Positions 31,904 to 44,871 of a stretch of 59,199 bases of DNA are shown piece after piece; position 1 is the first letter of the stretch; every line of letters starts with the position of its first letter. The position numbers were made by a program, and so were the translations under genes. The stretch spans positions 1 to 59,199 of the forward strand of contig JAADVB010000103.1 in assembly GCA_023334545.1 (NCBI GenBank), in the 5' to 3' direction. The stretch comes from Salisapilia sapeloensis CBS 127946. Lineage: Eukaryota; Protista; Oomycota. Under the pieces are notes generated by a model, which had not been told where the DNA came from, ran no database searches, and worked only from the letters and a program-made list of their open reading frames with translations.

Positions 31904-33549
31904 TTATTCGTTCAAAATGAAGAGTTCCAGCATCTTTTTCGCCTCAGCAGGTTTCCACTGAGGTACGAGATGTCCAGCGCCCTTCACCGTGATGAACGTG
32001 ATGCCATCGAAGACGTCGACGAAACCAGCAGATTGCTTTGAACCGTCCATTTCCATAAACCAAGGCTCGTGCTTGACTATGCGAGGCAGTCGAAGAGACT
32101 CTACTGCCCAGCGACCACCGACAAAGTTGCAACCAAGGTCCGTGTCGCCGTGGTAGATGACACCCGGCACGTCATGCTCGAGCAAGTACTCCCACAGTGG
32201 CGTCACCTCTAGCTTGAGTGTCGACTCGTATCGGAGCATCTTGGTACTCGATATGTTGCTGCTGTTAACGTTCAAGAAAGGCTCAATCTGCTGGAACGAC
32301 GTGTCGGTCAATGCATCCGCATTCCAGCGACGGATGTTTGGATTGGTGTGCATGGCATCGCGGACTTCAGGGAGGTTAAAGTACGTCTCCCCCGCCGTGG
32401 TGTTTAGACACGCCATGTACCCTGTAACGGGATGTGGCATGCCAGACTGTGGTGCGACGATCGCTTTCATGACGTCATCCAGTCCTGAGAGCGGAGCACC
32501 AGCGCATTTGCGGTACACGTCGTAGCCGTTGATGTAGGCACCGTTGATTTTCATCAAGATGCCGACGACACTTTGGATACAGTTCGAGTCATCCGGATTC
32601 GTGAAGTCGATCTTCATCTTGGCAAACTCTTGGATATTCGGACAAGCAGCACGGATCGCCATATACTCTTCTGTGCTCAAGAGACCGTGGTAGTACGAAT
32701 AAAAGATGAGGGATGTAGGCAAATACTCGGAGACGCCGTTTCCAACCTAATTGTCCGTCCAATTAGTATCATTGAGCGTGAGCTATTACAAGTACAGAAT
32801 GAAAATGGACGTACCACAAACTTCCGCAGTTGAATGGGTGGATATTCACCTTTCTCATTTCCTTTGATGATGCGAACAGCAGTTGTGGGAACATAGACAC
32901 CTCCGTAGCTTTCTCCTGACACGATAAAGTCGTTTGGTCGAAGGTGTGGAAATTTGGCAAAGAACTGCTGCAGGGCTTCGTACATATCATCCGCTTGCGA
33001 CAAGTCGTCCGAAGCGTAGATGTTACTGCTGTTGTAGCTGAATCCGACACCCAATGGGTTTTCGATGCAAAGCAGGTTGGCATTCATGTTCCAAGCGTAT
33101 TCGTTCACTTCGAGATGCTTACCATCCTCCGCGACGAGAAGCGGTCCGTTCTCAGTGAAGCATCCGTTCAAGGAACTAGCTCCAGGTCCACCGTTGAGCC
33201 ACAAGAGGACAGGGTCCGTGTCGGGCGTAGGACTCTGTGACTCGGCCATAAAGTAGAACACTTGACCTCCATTTGCCAAAGGCAAATACCCAGAGTATAA
33301 TCGAGACGTGTAGTCTGCAGGCTTACCAGGCATGTCAATAATCTCATCCGATACACCTGGGAAATGCGAACGAGTATCTGCTGTTCCTGTCGACTGCTGA
33401 CGCAGTTTGGTGTCTTCAGTCGGGCTCAAGACGAAGAGCATGGTAATTCCCAATGCAATCACTATTAAGGCACCAGCTCCACGACGAATACGCTGCATCC
33501 TCATAGCATGACTCTCTGGGTCCAACGGCTCGTATCCGCGAGCAGCCAT
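31904..33549 (-). CDS. Serine carboxypeptidase (S10) with N-terminal membrane anchor (2 exons)
   Basis: WLNGGPGASS, PLGVGFSY, GESYGG (catalytic Ser), DLGCN, VKGAGHLVP; intron 32747-32814. Confidence 0.93.
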
Positions 33550-33960
33550 TGCGTTCTGCTGTCTTCGGTCCCAAACTGATTATGATGAGCTCGAGTGGAT
33601 GACCGGATGACGAAGCCACGATTTTTCTGATTCGGCTATACTACGATACGTTTCAAAAACCAACACTCTTCTCTGGTAACATTCGATGTTCACGTAAGCA
33701 TTGGAGACACCGGCCGTCACTTAACGAGCTATCCATTCTACGTATCGAGACGTACAAAGTACTTGTGTGATTAATATTAGCGTAGCATTAAATTCTCTGA
33801 TCTTGAAGCACTTGAAAGAATTTTGAAGCGCTATACCTGATATCCAGTTCCAGGTCGGATTCTGGACGCAAGGCATATCTCAGGCTAGTGTTCGATTTAA
33901 AGCAAATATCCTTCTATGATAGGAAAGACGTAGACGGGAAACGTTCGTGTACGGGAAAAT

Positions 33961-34634
33961 CTAGCTTTCTGATTTCGATTGCTCCTGCTGCTGCTTTAGC
34001 ATCCGTTCAATAAAACTACCGTCGTCTGGAATCACCCCAATGACGTCCGGTGCTGCATCTACTTTGGAGCCTGATTTGTTTTTTGTTTTGCTAGTATCAT
34101 CGAGGTCCTCCTCTTTCTTGTCTAACGATCGAGCTTTACTCTTCTCTTTCCGTCGCCGTCGCTTCGCTGCCTTCTTGGCAGCTCGTGCTTCAAACTCTTC
34201 TTGATTCCGTTTACGCTTTTCAGCAAAAGTCTCTTGCTTCAGCTTGGCTTCTCGTTCTGCTTCCAACTGCTTTATACGTTCCAATTCGCTATAGGTAGAT
34301 ATATCGTTAAGACTATAAATTTATATCAAACTTGCATGAATGCCTACCGACGACGCGAAGTGCGATACACATGAAATTCGCCACTACCAGCACCAGCAGT
34401 ACTCCCAGACACATTCTCCGCTCGATTTAAACGAAACTTTTCCTCTTTCTTCGCTTCGGACTCGGTCTCGCCCTGTTTCTTCTCTTCGGCGACTACCGCC
34501 GTTTTCTCTTGCTCTACGTTATCACCAGCATTGCTATCACCCACAGCATGATCGGACGTAGCTGCCTGATAAGAGATCGCAGACACCTTTCGGTCCTGGT
34601 CGCTGTACGTTTGCACCGAAGTATACCTTCCCAT
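33961..34634 (-). CDS. PRKRIP1: PRKR-interacting protein 1 (DUF1168) splicing factor (2 exons)
   Basis: NVSGSTAGAGSGEFHVYRTSRRRELER; intron 34289-34347. Confidence 0.92.
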
Positions 34635-34673
34635 GACTTGGAATCAATATGCAGTCGACATATAGCTTCCATC

Positions 34674-34703
34674 ATCCGGATAATTTAGTTAAATTATCCG
34701 GAT
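34674..34703. promoter_or_regulatory. Perfect 14-bp inverted repeat (2-nt spacer) in the PRKRIP1/MRPL13 bidirectional promoter
   Basis: ATCCGGATAATTTA-GT-TAAATTATCCGGAT read directly; regulatory role is inferred from position only. Confidence 0.55.
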
Positions 34704-34733
34704 CAAGACACAACGCCAGCCAAACAAATCGCG

Positions 34734-35162
34734 ATGAGCTCGAGCAAGATAGCACAGGCGTCCAAGTCGGTGTGGCACGTCGTTGACGCCAAGGGACAAG
34801 TCCTCGGTCGTTTAGCCTCGCAGCTGGCTCCGATCTTGCGTGGAAAGCATAAGCCGACTTACGCCCCGAATGTCGATTGCGGAGACTATGTCGTGGTCAT
34901 CAATGCCAAGGACATTGTATTGACCGGTGACAAGTGGAACAGCAAGCTCTACCGATGGCATACAGGCCACCCTGGTGGTCTTAAGCAGCGCACAGCTCAG
35001 GAGCAATTCGACCGCAAGCCGGAGGAAGTGCTTCGAAAAGCTGTGTTTGGGATGCTGCCCAAGAACCGTATGCGAAAGTTCCAGGCAGACAAGCTCAAGG
35101 TGTTCCCGGGAGAAGAGCATGACTTTGTGGCAGAGGTGGGAGAGAACCCGAGGATCCTCTAA
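34734..35162 (+). CDS. MRPL13: Mitochondrial ribosomal protein uL13m
   Basis: WHVVDAKGQVLGRLASQLAPILRGKHKPTYAPNVDCGDYVVVINA...AVFGMLPKN. Confidence 0.97.
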   Translation: MSSSKIAQASKSVWHVVDAKGQVLGRLASQLAPILRGKHKPTYAPNVDCGDYVVVINAKDIVLTGDKWNSKLYRWHTGHPGGLKQRTAQEQFDRKPEEVLRKAVFGMLPKNRMRKFQADKLKVFPGEEHDFVAEVGENPRIL

Positions 35163-35260
35163 GAGACTGTGTTTCGTCGGTTAAGATGGAATACAGGTAG
35201 AGTTGGAATAAACGGGAGCTTGACATTTTATTTTCGTATGCAATTCCTTGTCATTTCGTA

Positions 35261-38200
35261 TTATACGCAAGAAGATGGGTCTAAGAAACGCTGGAAGAAA
35301 TCGGCGTCTTCTCTCAGTTTTAGTGCAAATGCATTCGCATCGACACACCCTGCCGTGTCGTCGATGCATGCCTGCCCAATCTATCATGTCCGATACAGTT
35401 AGTTGCGCAAGGTTTAATACATGCATATGACACTACCTTGGCGATAATATGATCTGGCTGGTGATGCCAGGGAGGAGGAAGGAGATCGGGTAAAGTTGAT
35501 AGACGCGAGATGGTGTCGACAAATGTAGGTAGAGGCATGAGATGGCTTCCTGTCGTCTGCAACGCGGCTATCATAAGCACATCCTGTACAACTTGTTCTT
35601 GTTGATCATTTATGAGCAATGACTGCTGTGGTTGTACGACTGGAGGTGGTTCTACGGGCTTCTCCGGTAGCAATCTGGTGCTTGAGTCGATGCAAATCCT
35701 AGTGTCTTTTTCTACTTGCACGCTAGTCGGGAAGCGAGGGGCAGTCAGTGGCTATAGGAAAGAGTTAATTCGGTAATCGGAGAATGGAAATATGGGCAAG
35801 ACGTACGGATGCAAGGACTCTGAACGGTAGATCTGTCTCTTGCTCGATGGTGCTACGAATGTGCTTGATAAGGGCAGCTGCAGCACCTTCCTCTCTCGCT
35901 CGTCTCTCCTGAATGAACGCTTCTAATGTATGCTCCACAGCTGTAAGAACACGCCCGATGTGATCGCAACTGCTTTCCGACTGCTCTTTAAGGTACTTGA
36001 CACGTTGATCTGTCAAGTTATGCTCGTGTTGAAGAGCCTTTTGCAGGTTCTTCATGGCTAACAAGGATGACGCTGATTGCTCCGTCGTCCCACCTTCGTT
36101 CAAGTAGGTAGAGAGAGGTACAAGTGCGATCTGAATGAACGCATCCGTCTGACGAATAGCATCGTCGTAAGCATTCAGCATTTGTTCCAACGACAGCGGA
36201 TCTTCGTGAACTTCATGTACTTCTTCACTTGCTGGAGCGTGCTTCTCCTTCCCTTTACCTTTTGCATTCGCTTTCTGGTGTGGAACCTTGGAAGGAGACG
36301 CACCCTCCTCATGCGTGTGATGCTCTTCATGCGTCACAAAGAGATGACATTGCAAGGTTTCATGCTTTTGATGAGCCTGTTCTAACGCTTGTTGTATCTC
36401 AATGAATGGAGATGTCATCTCTGCATTCACTCCACCAGCGAAAGCATCTACAAGTATACTTACCGTCTCACGGAACCGATCTAACTCAGACTGCAGTGCC
36501 ATTTGGAAGTCTAGGGAAGTGACCTTGGACATGTCTGCAATCCATTCGGCCGTCAGTACACTATGCATTTCACTTTCATTCGCGACGTATGACACTTCAA
36601 TAACTCTGAACAAGTCATCTCGCAAGATGTCTGTCCGTGCGTGCAGTTCTTGTTTGGTAGCGTCATCAAAACGCATTGTGTCTATCACGGCGTTAAACCG
36701 CTGTTGGAACGCATCAATCACTTCTTGCTTCCCGTCTGGTCTTCGGACGATGGAGCAATAGTTATGAACAAGAGAACTAACACGGTCTTGGTATTGCTTT
36801 TCATGCTTATGATGAAGCTTAAAGCTTTCTTGCATGCTCGCAACATATTGCGACTCTACCAAATTCCACTTGTTTGCTAGTTTGGTGACAATTTCTGCAT
36901 CGATGATCCCGTCTAAAGGACGTTCCACAGGAGTTAAGCGTTTCTCTTCTTCCTCTTTCCATTCATTTACTTTGGTTAGTATATCCTGTACAACTGCCTC
37001 TTTATGCTCAATATGACTTTGTAATTCAGCAAGTTCATCCTTCTTTGCTTTCGCCTCCTCCGCTTCTTCCAGTGCGACGCGAGCTTGAGCAACTTCTTCT
37101 TCTGCTAGCTCGAGCCTCGTTTCAAAGGCATTGAGCTCATGCATACGACTTTCCTCAGGCTTCATCAACTCCATTTCCTGGTATTCCTTGGATTGTTCCC
37201 ATGCCTCTCGATCGCTCTGTGCTTTCTGTATATAGTTTTGGATAATAGACACCATGGTCGTGTGCACATCATCTATGGATTTAGTGCATTCGAATGATGT
37301 CAGTGTCTCAAACTTATTATGCCAATCTTTTAGAGCTGAGCTAGAGCTATTTGCTGCCCAATAGTGCACCGACATCAAGTTGCTATTCGAGATATTTTTA
37401 TTAGCATGATGTAGACGATGTCGAGTAGTCGAGTTTTCTGGTGGAGGATTATACACGAGATGGAACGCCTCCTTCGTCACAGAGTCCTCTACTTGACCAA
37501 TGCAACGCTCTAGGGCCTGATCCTCTGCACACTCCAAGTAGAACGCAAAATCGATGCCAGATTTCTTCACGTAGTATCGTGGTGGGATGGAAGGCTTTGA
37601 GTATGCCGGTGCAATATCTGACGCATAATCAAACGGCGATGGCAATGCGTCTGGATCCATATAACCTGTGAGTTCTTGTTCTATAGCAACAGAAAACGCT
37701 TCCAGCTCTGGTAATCCAGTAATTACCATTCCTTTCACACACGACCTTGGTTCATTTTCATTTGTCATGTCTGTCCACAAGCTCTCACACTGTTGTATGA
37801 GTTTGATGTAGACAGCAAAAGGAATTGGATCTCCATTTTGCAGGTGCTTTTCGATCTCTAGTCCAATGTCGGACTGTTTGGTAACTTCTGCTGTCACAAC
37901 TTCATCAATGCAAACGAGCGTGTACGAAAGTGTCTCAGCCAAACGCTTAGCCTGCACGTGCTTCCCAGAGAATGGAGGCCCATAGATAACTATCTTTAAA
38001 GTCAACTCATCAACTCGTGGCGGCATGGAGTCCAACGTTGCAGGTGCCGAAAGGCTCTTGTGTGTGACTACATCTGGACTCGTTTCCACGACTTCCACTC
38101 CCTCAGCATCTTTGCTTGCCGAAACTTCGGTTGTTCGCCATCGTATGTACTGTACTAGCTCCCCCAATACCAATTCATCCGCCAACTCGTGTTCAAATGC

Positions 38201-40033
38201 GATGAATTGATCGGTAAGCGGTTTCCATGGAGATACATTAAACTCTAATGGACGAGAATCAACATCTAGTGGGTGGCTGACCTCCATCCTGGTAAAGAAG
38301 CGGTTGAGATACTGGCATAGATCCGCATCTTCGATGGGTGTTCGAGCAAAGCCATCGCCATGATCGTTATTATCATTTGTTAGCAGTCCTACAGCACCAT
38401 ACTGACTGAACTGATGCTTCAGTTCATTCCAAAGAGCTTCAGGTAGGAAAACAGTCTTTTCACGAGAGTAGATGTACTCTTCCCGAACATTTGCAACGTA
38501 GCGTATAAATTGTAGCAGCTCTGCCATGATTGACGTTGATGTTTCTTTAGCTTCTTGGTGTTTATCTGCCTCTAGAGCAATTTCCAGTGCGTCTCGTTGC
38601 AGACGTTGGGATCGGATATCATCGTGATATTCATCTTGAACGATGGAGAAGGCAGCTGCATCTCGATCGAGACAAGCTTGTTTATCAACATCTCTTTGAA
38701 TGCCATACTCTTCCTCCCGTATCGATCTGTTCATACGCACGACTTGCTTGTATTGACTGATGGCATTGAGTTGGTCTCCTATATCTACTTCTGACCGAGC
38801 TCCATCCTCTACGAGTGATTCGATAACCTTTGTATCCCATCTCTCGGCAGCCTTGGAGCATCCTTGACCGCATTCATACATAAATCGCTTCCGACGTCGT
38901 TCCAAGTTTTGCTTCCTCTTGTCACGTTTCTGCTTTTGCTGTCGAATGACACAAAGGTCTTCATTTAAAAATGCATGTGGATGGATGTGCTCCGACAGAG
39001 TGCGGGAGGAAGACGGGAGGAAGTCCATTGTATCGCGCTTATGCTCAGTTTCTCGCAAAGCAGCACTTAGAGACCGTAGTCCATATCCGACGGATGTGGT
39101 AACCCCGGTTTTCTTTGGGAAATGCGCATCAAAGTGCTCTAACTCTGCTCGAGTCGACTCTTTGAGACTGTACAATCTAGCTTCCTGTCTCGCGTCCCTC
39201 TTGGCTGCTTCATTCCGCAGAAACCTAGCCTTTCGATCCTCTCGCTCTTGCTTGCGCTGTAGAGCGATTCTCCATGCTGGTGAATCTGTTTCTTCCAGTG
39301 CTTCTTTAATAAATCGACTATGGATATAAGCTTGATGCAGCCGCTCTGCCTTGATTCGGTCCAACTCAGCTTCATCCCGTTCCTTCGATTGGTAATAGTC
39401 TCGCCAACGTTTTGTGTCTTTAGCCTTTTCATCCCTACCAAGTAGTAATGATGTTATCTAGATGTCTACTATCTATATTCACATCATATAGGATACTTTT
39501 CTGACTGCAGGGTATGAATGGACTTGACTTGTCGTCGAATAGCATGCTCAAAGATCGCGTGGTTAGCAGCATCGTAACTTGGTTTCGGGAGCTTTGTCGG
39601 CATATGCAGAGGATGGATGGACTTCTGTGTCATGTACTTGGTGGAAACTTTGGGCATTCGACTGAGACGTGCAGCTGCACCCTAGTAGCTACGTCAGACG
39701 CGTCGTAGGAATGAAATGGTCAATAGATAGACGTACTTTAACTTGATAGAGTAGTCTCGCCGCGACACCAGGAGATCCGTTCATGATCGCAACGGCAGTG
39801 TTCGCGTCAAAGTGGATGCCGAGGTTCCGTAGCGCCGGCTCGAGGAGACAGAAGTTGATGATCTTGGCATCGGCTGTGTTGCTATTGACAAAGTCGCTAA
39901 AGTTCGGCAGCTGATTAAGCTGATGGAGGACTTGTCCAATCAAGTAGCCATTGGCAAAGTCGACGTCAATGTCCTCGACGATATACTCGAGCTGGAGGTC
40001 GGTGTTGACCCACTGCTGCAGCAGATCAGCCAT
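35261..40033 (-). CDS. SPEF2: SPEF2/CPC1-like flagellar central-pair protein (N-terminal CH domain, adenylate-kinase-like domain), multi-exon
   Basis: MADLLQQWVN...DFANGYLIGQVL...INFCLLEPAL (CH), long coiled coil, IVIYGPPFSGKHVQAKRLAE (ADK P-loop). The last exon ends ...FQRFLDPSSCV* at 35261; terminal exons less certain. Confidence 0.85.
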
Positions 40034-40550
40034 GACCGTTCGAGATCCGACCGTTGACAAGCGATTTTTTAGCATGCATACATCTATTTTTAATTGCCCT
40101 AGCTACCAAAAGACATGTAGCTCGTGCCGAGACATGCACGGGCTACAATATCTACTCAACTTGTCCTGAGATATCTCATATTCGATAAAAATTGGCATCA
40201 AATTATGAACATCCGTTCTTTTCCTGCAGAAAGCATCTTCTTCGTTGACGCGCCACGTTTACAAAACTTAAAGATACGTAGCCTTCATCATGCACAGACC
40301 GATGGATGGAAACAGTAGGTAGTAGTTTATGTGCCATATTACCTACTTATTCAAGTTGTCATCTGCGAATCGTTACGTGTTTTCCCGTCCTTTCCGGATA
40401 AATTTCACCTACTCACCCACCATTTGCTTCAAGGATGCAATTTAACTTGCAACAAACCACTTTTATGACGAATCTATACGTTTATCGACTTTCGTCCGTC
40501 ACTCATCAAAAACATAGAAACGGAAGAAGCGCCGTGTACTTGGACTTGTT

Positions 40551-41273
40551 ATGGAGTACGAGCAGAAGATGGCACGAGAGCATCAACCGGTAGAAGATGA
40601 AGAGGACGATGACGAGACGTTCGTCGCGCTCCAGAAGCTGCTTAGTCAGCTCAATGTCGCTCGCCACTCGAGCAGTGCTAGCATCAGCGAGTCAGTCGTT
40701 CCGACACCTGTGCACCTCAGTGCATCCCAGGTCCGTTCAGCGTCTGTGACGGGTGAAGGACGGTCGTCTAGTCCGACGACCAGGCCGTCGAATGAAGAGC
40801 TACTGGAACATCGACGGAAGGAACGAGAATACTTTCGCAATCTGATTCTCTCCAAAGAAGCCACAAGGCACGACATGTCGAGTTCGACGTTAGAGCCGCA
40901 GGAGGAAGAGGACGAGGACGATGAAGAGTGTTCTCGACCGCCATCGGTGGAAAGTGCCATCTCGAGTCGCTTTCGCACCGGAACGTTTTCGAGGTTTAAC
41001 GTCCGTGTGCTATCGCGAGACCGATGGGCGACGGAGGAGATGGAGCACTTGCCTATTGCATGCATGCCAAAGAACCCGATCTACTCTTCACCAGCGGACA
41101 ACCCCAAGCTAGGCGTGCATCACACCGGCGAGAGCGTGGAACTGCGCGAACACTTGGAGGAATCGTTGGACGAGCAATATCGACGGCATGAGCTCGCTCC
41201 TCCGACGCACTTGACACCTCCACGCTCGACTTGGTACATGCAGATGCGGGACATGGAACTGCATGCACCGTAG
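40551..41273 (+). CDS. Hypothetical acidic, low-complexity protein
   Basis: 240 aa intronless ORF with coding-like composition between known genes; no family recognised. Confidence 0.6.
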   Translation: MEYEQKMAREHQPVEDEEDDDETFVALQKLLSQLNVARHSSSASISESVVPTPVHLSASQVRSASVTGEGRSSSPTTRPSNEELLEHRRKEREYFRNLILSKEATRHDMSSSTLEPQEEEDEDDEECSRPPSVESAISSRFRTGTFSRFNVRVLSRDRWATEEMEHLPIACMPKNPIYSSPADNPKLGVHHTGESVELREHLEESLDEQYRRHELAPPTHLTPPRSTWYMQMRDMELHAP

Positions 41274-41557
41274 GGTGCATCTGTGTGTATTTAATCTAGG
41301 CGACAGCAGGAAAGAGCGGGTGTATCATGTTGGACAAGCTAGTCGGATGGGGCATAAATATATACGAGATGTACGTCAAGTCTGGTATGGATTGTTTAGA
41401 TGTAAAGCATGTCCCGGCACGGTGTCTACGGTCTATCGTGCGTGGCGAGGACATGCCATGTGGATTAAAAAGTCAATTCTTCCTGGGCAACCGGACTTTT
41501 GAACGTCCGGCAATAAGACAATCTCTATCCTCCACTCTCGTCCAACGAACCAATGCC

Positions 41558-42540
41558 TTAGCCTTCGTACTCCTTGACAGGGTTCACGAGCGGTCGGTAC
41601 TGTTCGTACGTGACGAAGAAGATGAGGCACCACGGCGCTTTCCGCATCCAATTTGGAATGAAGCCATTGTAAAAGCCCATTAGACCGTCGTCTTTCAACG
41701 TCTTCTTGGCACAGTGGAGCATGCCCTTGTACAATTTGCCTCGTCCACGTTCGTCCGTCGGCTGGCTCATCAGCCTCGTCTTGACAACGTCCAGTGGGTT
41801 GGAGGCACAGGCGCCGGCAAGACCTGCGACGAGACTTGCACCGGTGTGGGCGAGGACACCATCCGGCACAATGTTGTGGTCGACGAGCATCTCTTTCGTT
41901 TGGTCGTACGTCGCTAACTCCGCTGCGTTGACGGCGAATCCGCGTTGAATGCTCGGCCAAATGCCTTGCATGAAGCCACGGATACCTTCGTGCTTGGAGA
42001 TCGTGGTTGCAGCGTGGAACATACTATCGTACAGTTTACCAGCACGATCATTTTGCATGCGCACCTTCATGACATCGACTCTAGACATCTCAATAAGAAA
42101 AAAATACATTGAAAATTGATAAAAGCAAGGTCGTACGGGTTGGCGACGATGCATCCGAATCCACCAGCAAATCCGCCGGCCATGAGTTTCTTCACGAACG
42201 GCACTTCCTCGCCTTCCGCGGATTTTGCGCCAATGATGTCCCGAAACGGTTCGTACAGGAGCATGGCAATGCTCGTGTAGGTGACTTGGCGCGTAAGTGC
42301 TGGGGCCGAGCCTTTCCAGAGCGCAAACGGCCCTTCTTCCTTGATGATCGTCTTACCAGCATCGAGCATACCATTGTACTGCTGCAAATTTGGGCTCGTC
42401 GACTGTGCTTGCAATCGGATCTTGGTGCAGTCAATGGGTAGCGTAAAGACTTCGGCCGTGCCGGCAGCTAGTGCGCCGGCGAGGAAGCGTTCCATGGTAG
42501 GACTATGCTTTCGCTCCGGCTCATGGTGTTCGTTGGACAT
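41558..42540 (-). CDS. Mitochondrial carrier, UCP4/BMCP1-like (SLC25), 2 exons
   Basis: Three carrier signatures PIDCTKIRLQ, PVDVMKVRMQ (across intron 42081-42136), PLDVVKTRLM; AAELATYD; WCLIFFVTYE. Confidence 0.92.
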
Positions 42541-42682
42541 GTGGCTAGGAAGTGGATTCGGTGGACAGGTGGAAGCAAATCGAAAAGTGAGGGAGCTGAT
42601 CGTTTATGCAGAAATTTGGCTTGGCCATCTGGGAGGTTACGGTGGTGGTCATAAAGGTAGTTTGAAACGGTGTAAAAAGGTT

Positions 42683-43594
42683 TTATTGGATGGGGTGAGT
42701 CGATGGGTCTCGGTAGAGGAGGTACGAGTACACTGGTTGCTTCTGTTGATGCTGAATGGACTCGGTGATCCAATCTAGGAAGAGGAAGTTGGTATTGGAA
42801 AGAGATGAAGGAGATGGATGGATGGGATCGTACTGGAGTGAACGATGTGGAAGCGAGACTTTTTCTACGTGACACTTAACACGCCAATTTCTGAAGAAAC
42901 AGATTAATATGTACCTGGAGTGCTTTTTCGGCTTTTGATCCGTTTAGATTCATCGCGATCATGTGCGTTGGCTTCACACTTGATAGTGGGGTGCTGCAAA
43001 GATGCAAGATTCACTTTTTTACAACCGTATACGAGATGACAGATTAGATGTAGGTACCAAACGGTGCCGCCATGGCTTTCCACGAGCTTGGCGAGGTTGT
43101 ATCTACGTACATAACGAATTACGCTGATGGTAGTTGAGCGAGAGGCATGTTTACTATACGCAGAGATGTTTCCGGTGCGGCCATTGAAGATGATTCGACA
43201 GCCCTGTACGAGGTTGCAGCATCGAAAGGCATACACAGTCAGTACATGGGTCCAGCTCCATACTTTCTTTCATAGTCAAATGGACATGAGGACACACCTT
43301 GAAGATGGAGGACTTGCGTCTGTTGCTATTGTCTTGCAAACCTGCATGATAGCAGACATCAGAGAAATTCTTATCAAGTACTTGCTGCCTTTTGTGCACC
43401 ATACCGGCAGAACGATGTGATGCATCGTCAGGTTTCTGCATGTCTTTCGTTTCCAGTTTCTTTACATTGGTTTTCTTGGTAAAGAATGCTGCAACGTGAT
43501 CAGCTTCGGTTTTATCGTCATGAACAATTTCCTTGCTCTTCTTTTGCCTCTCAAAGCGTTGCGTAGGTCCACTCGGTCCATTCACAGCGAACAT
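42683..43594 (-). CDS. Small single-BRCT-domain protein (about 6 exons)
   Basis: Spliced product reads SSIFKGCRIIFNG...LAKLVESHGGTV...THMIA...FHIVHSNWITESI, the BRCT F..G..GG..W pattern. Confidence 0.75.
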
Positions 43595-43829
43595 GGTCCG
43601 GGTTACCGCCTACTGAAACCTTACTGTTTCCAATACAAACATTAAGTCGTTCATTATTTAAATCTCTAACTTTTTATACCAATGATCACGCGCCAATTTA
43701 TCCCACGCCAGCATTTTTACCAATCATCATGCAATAGTCCTATTAAAATGGCATCATTGAGTACAATACGAAGTAAACGTGAAAAGCACCCTGTTTACCG
43801 ATCAGGACACACAAAGCGCACGTCACAGC

Positions 43830-44846
43830 ATGGCGACGGGAGGCGAGCGGCAGGCTCCTTTAACGAGCATCCAGACAGAGCACAATGACATGATCTTTGA
43901 TATCCAGCTAGATTACTACGGCAAGCGCATGGCAACGTGCTCGGCTGATCGTACCTTTCGTATCTACGATCTGTCCCCATCCTTAACTCCGGAATCTTCA
44001 GAACACAAGTCGGACGAGCAGGAGGAGGTACCGACGCACTTATTACAGCACGTCGTCCAGCTCCCAGACGATTCTGGCGCTCCTATCCAGCGAGCTTGTT
44101 GGGCCCACCCGAAATTTGGTAGTTTGCTCGCTCTAGCGGCACAAGACGGACAAGTGTACGTCTACCGGGAAGAGCTCCATCCGAACGGATCCGGCGCTAC
44201 GGACTGGTTCCTAAAGTACATTCACCAAGTGCATCAGCAATCTGTCCTATCCATTGCCTGGGCTCCGTACGAATATGGCCTTTGCCTCGCAAGCGCTTCT
44301 GCTGACGGCAGCGTATCGATGCTCTCACGTCTACCGGAAGGCTGGGTCGTCACCTCCTCTTTCCAGAATTCAGACGACGGAGCTGCATGCACATCTGTCG
44401 CGTGGGCTCCATCGAACTCCTTGGGTGCACAAGGAGAGAGCGGACCGATCCATCGCGTCGTGACTGCGTCGACGAATCACACGGTCCGACTGTGGCAGCT
44501 CCAGGACGATAACCAGTGGACACCGCTCGATACACTGCATGGTCATCAGGACTGGGTACGAGAGGTTGCGTGGGCACCCAACGTCGGTGTCCCAGCGAAC
44601 GTGATCGCGTCTGCGTCCGACGACTGCAGCGTCCGCATTTGGACGCAAGTGGAGGTCGATGGAGGCTGGCAATCGCAGCTCTTGCATACGTTCCGATCGC
44701 CAGTTTATCGCCTGAACTGGTCGTTAACCGGTAGTGTCCTAAGCGTCTCCTGTGGTGATGACGAAGTGAGTGTGTGGAAGCAAAAGGAGAGCGGGTGGGT
44801 CCAATTGTCAAGTGTCACGGAACGTGGCGTCCAATGGAAACAATAA
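43830..44846 (+). CDS. SEC13: SEC13 WD40 protein (COPII coat / nucleoporin)
   Basis: HNDMIFDIQLDYYGKRMATCSADR, WAHPKFG, WAPYEYGL, HQDWVREVAWAP. Confidence 0.95.
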   Translation: MATGGERQAPLTSIQTEHNDMIFDIQLDYYGKRMATCSADRTFRIYDLSPSLTPESSEHKSDEQEEVPTHLLQHVVQLPDDSGAPIQRACWAHPKFGSLLALAAQDGQVYVYREELHPNGSGATDWFLKYIHQVHQQSVLSIAWAPYEYGLCLASASADGSVSMLSRLPEGWVVTSSFQNSDDGAACTSVAWAPSNSLGAQGESGPIHRVVTASTNHTVRLWQLQDDNQWTPLDTLHGHQDWVREVAWAPNVGVPANVIASASDDCSVRIWTQVEVDGGWQSQLLHTFRSPVYRLNWSLTGSVLSVSCGDDEVSVWKQKESGWVQLSSVTERGVQWKQ

Positions 44847-44871
44847 CATGATAGTAAAGACTGCTTTGGTT

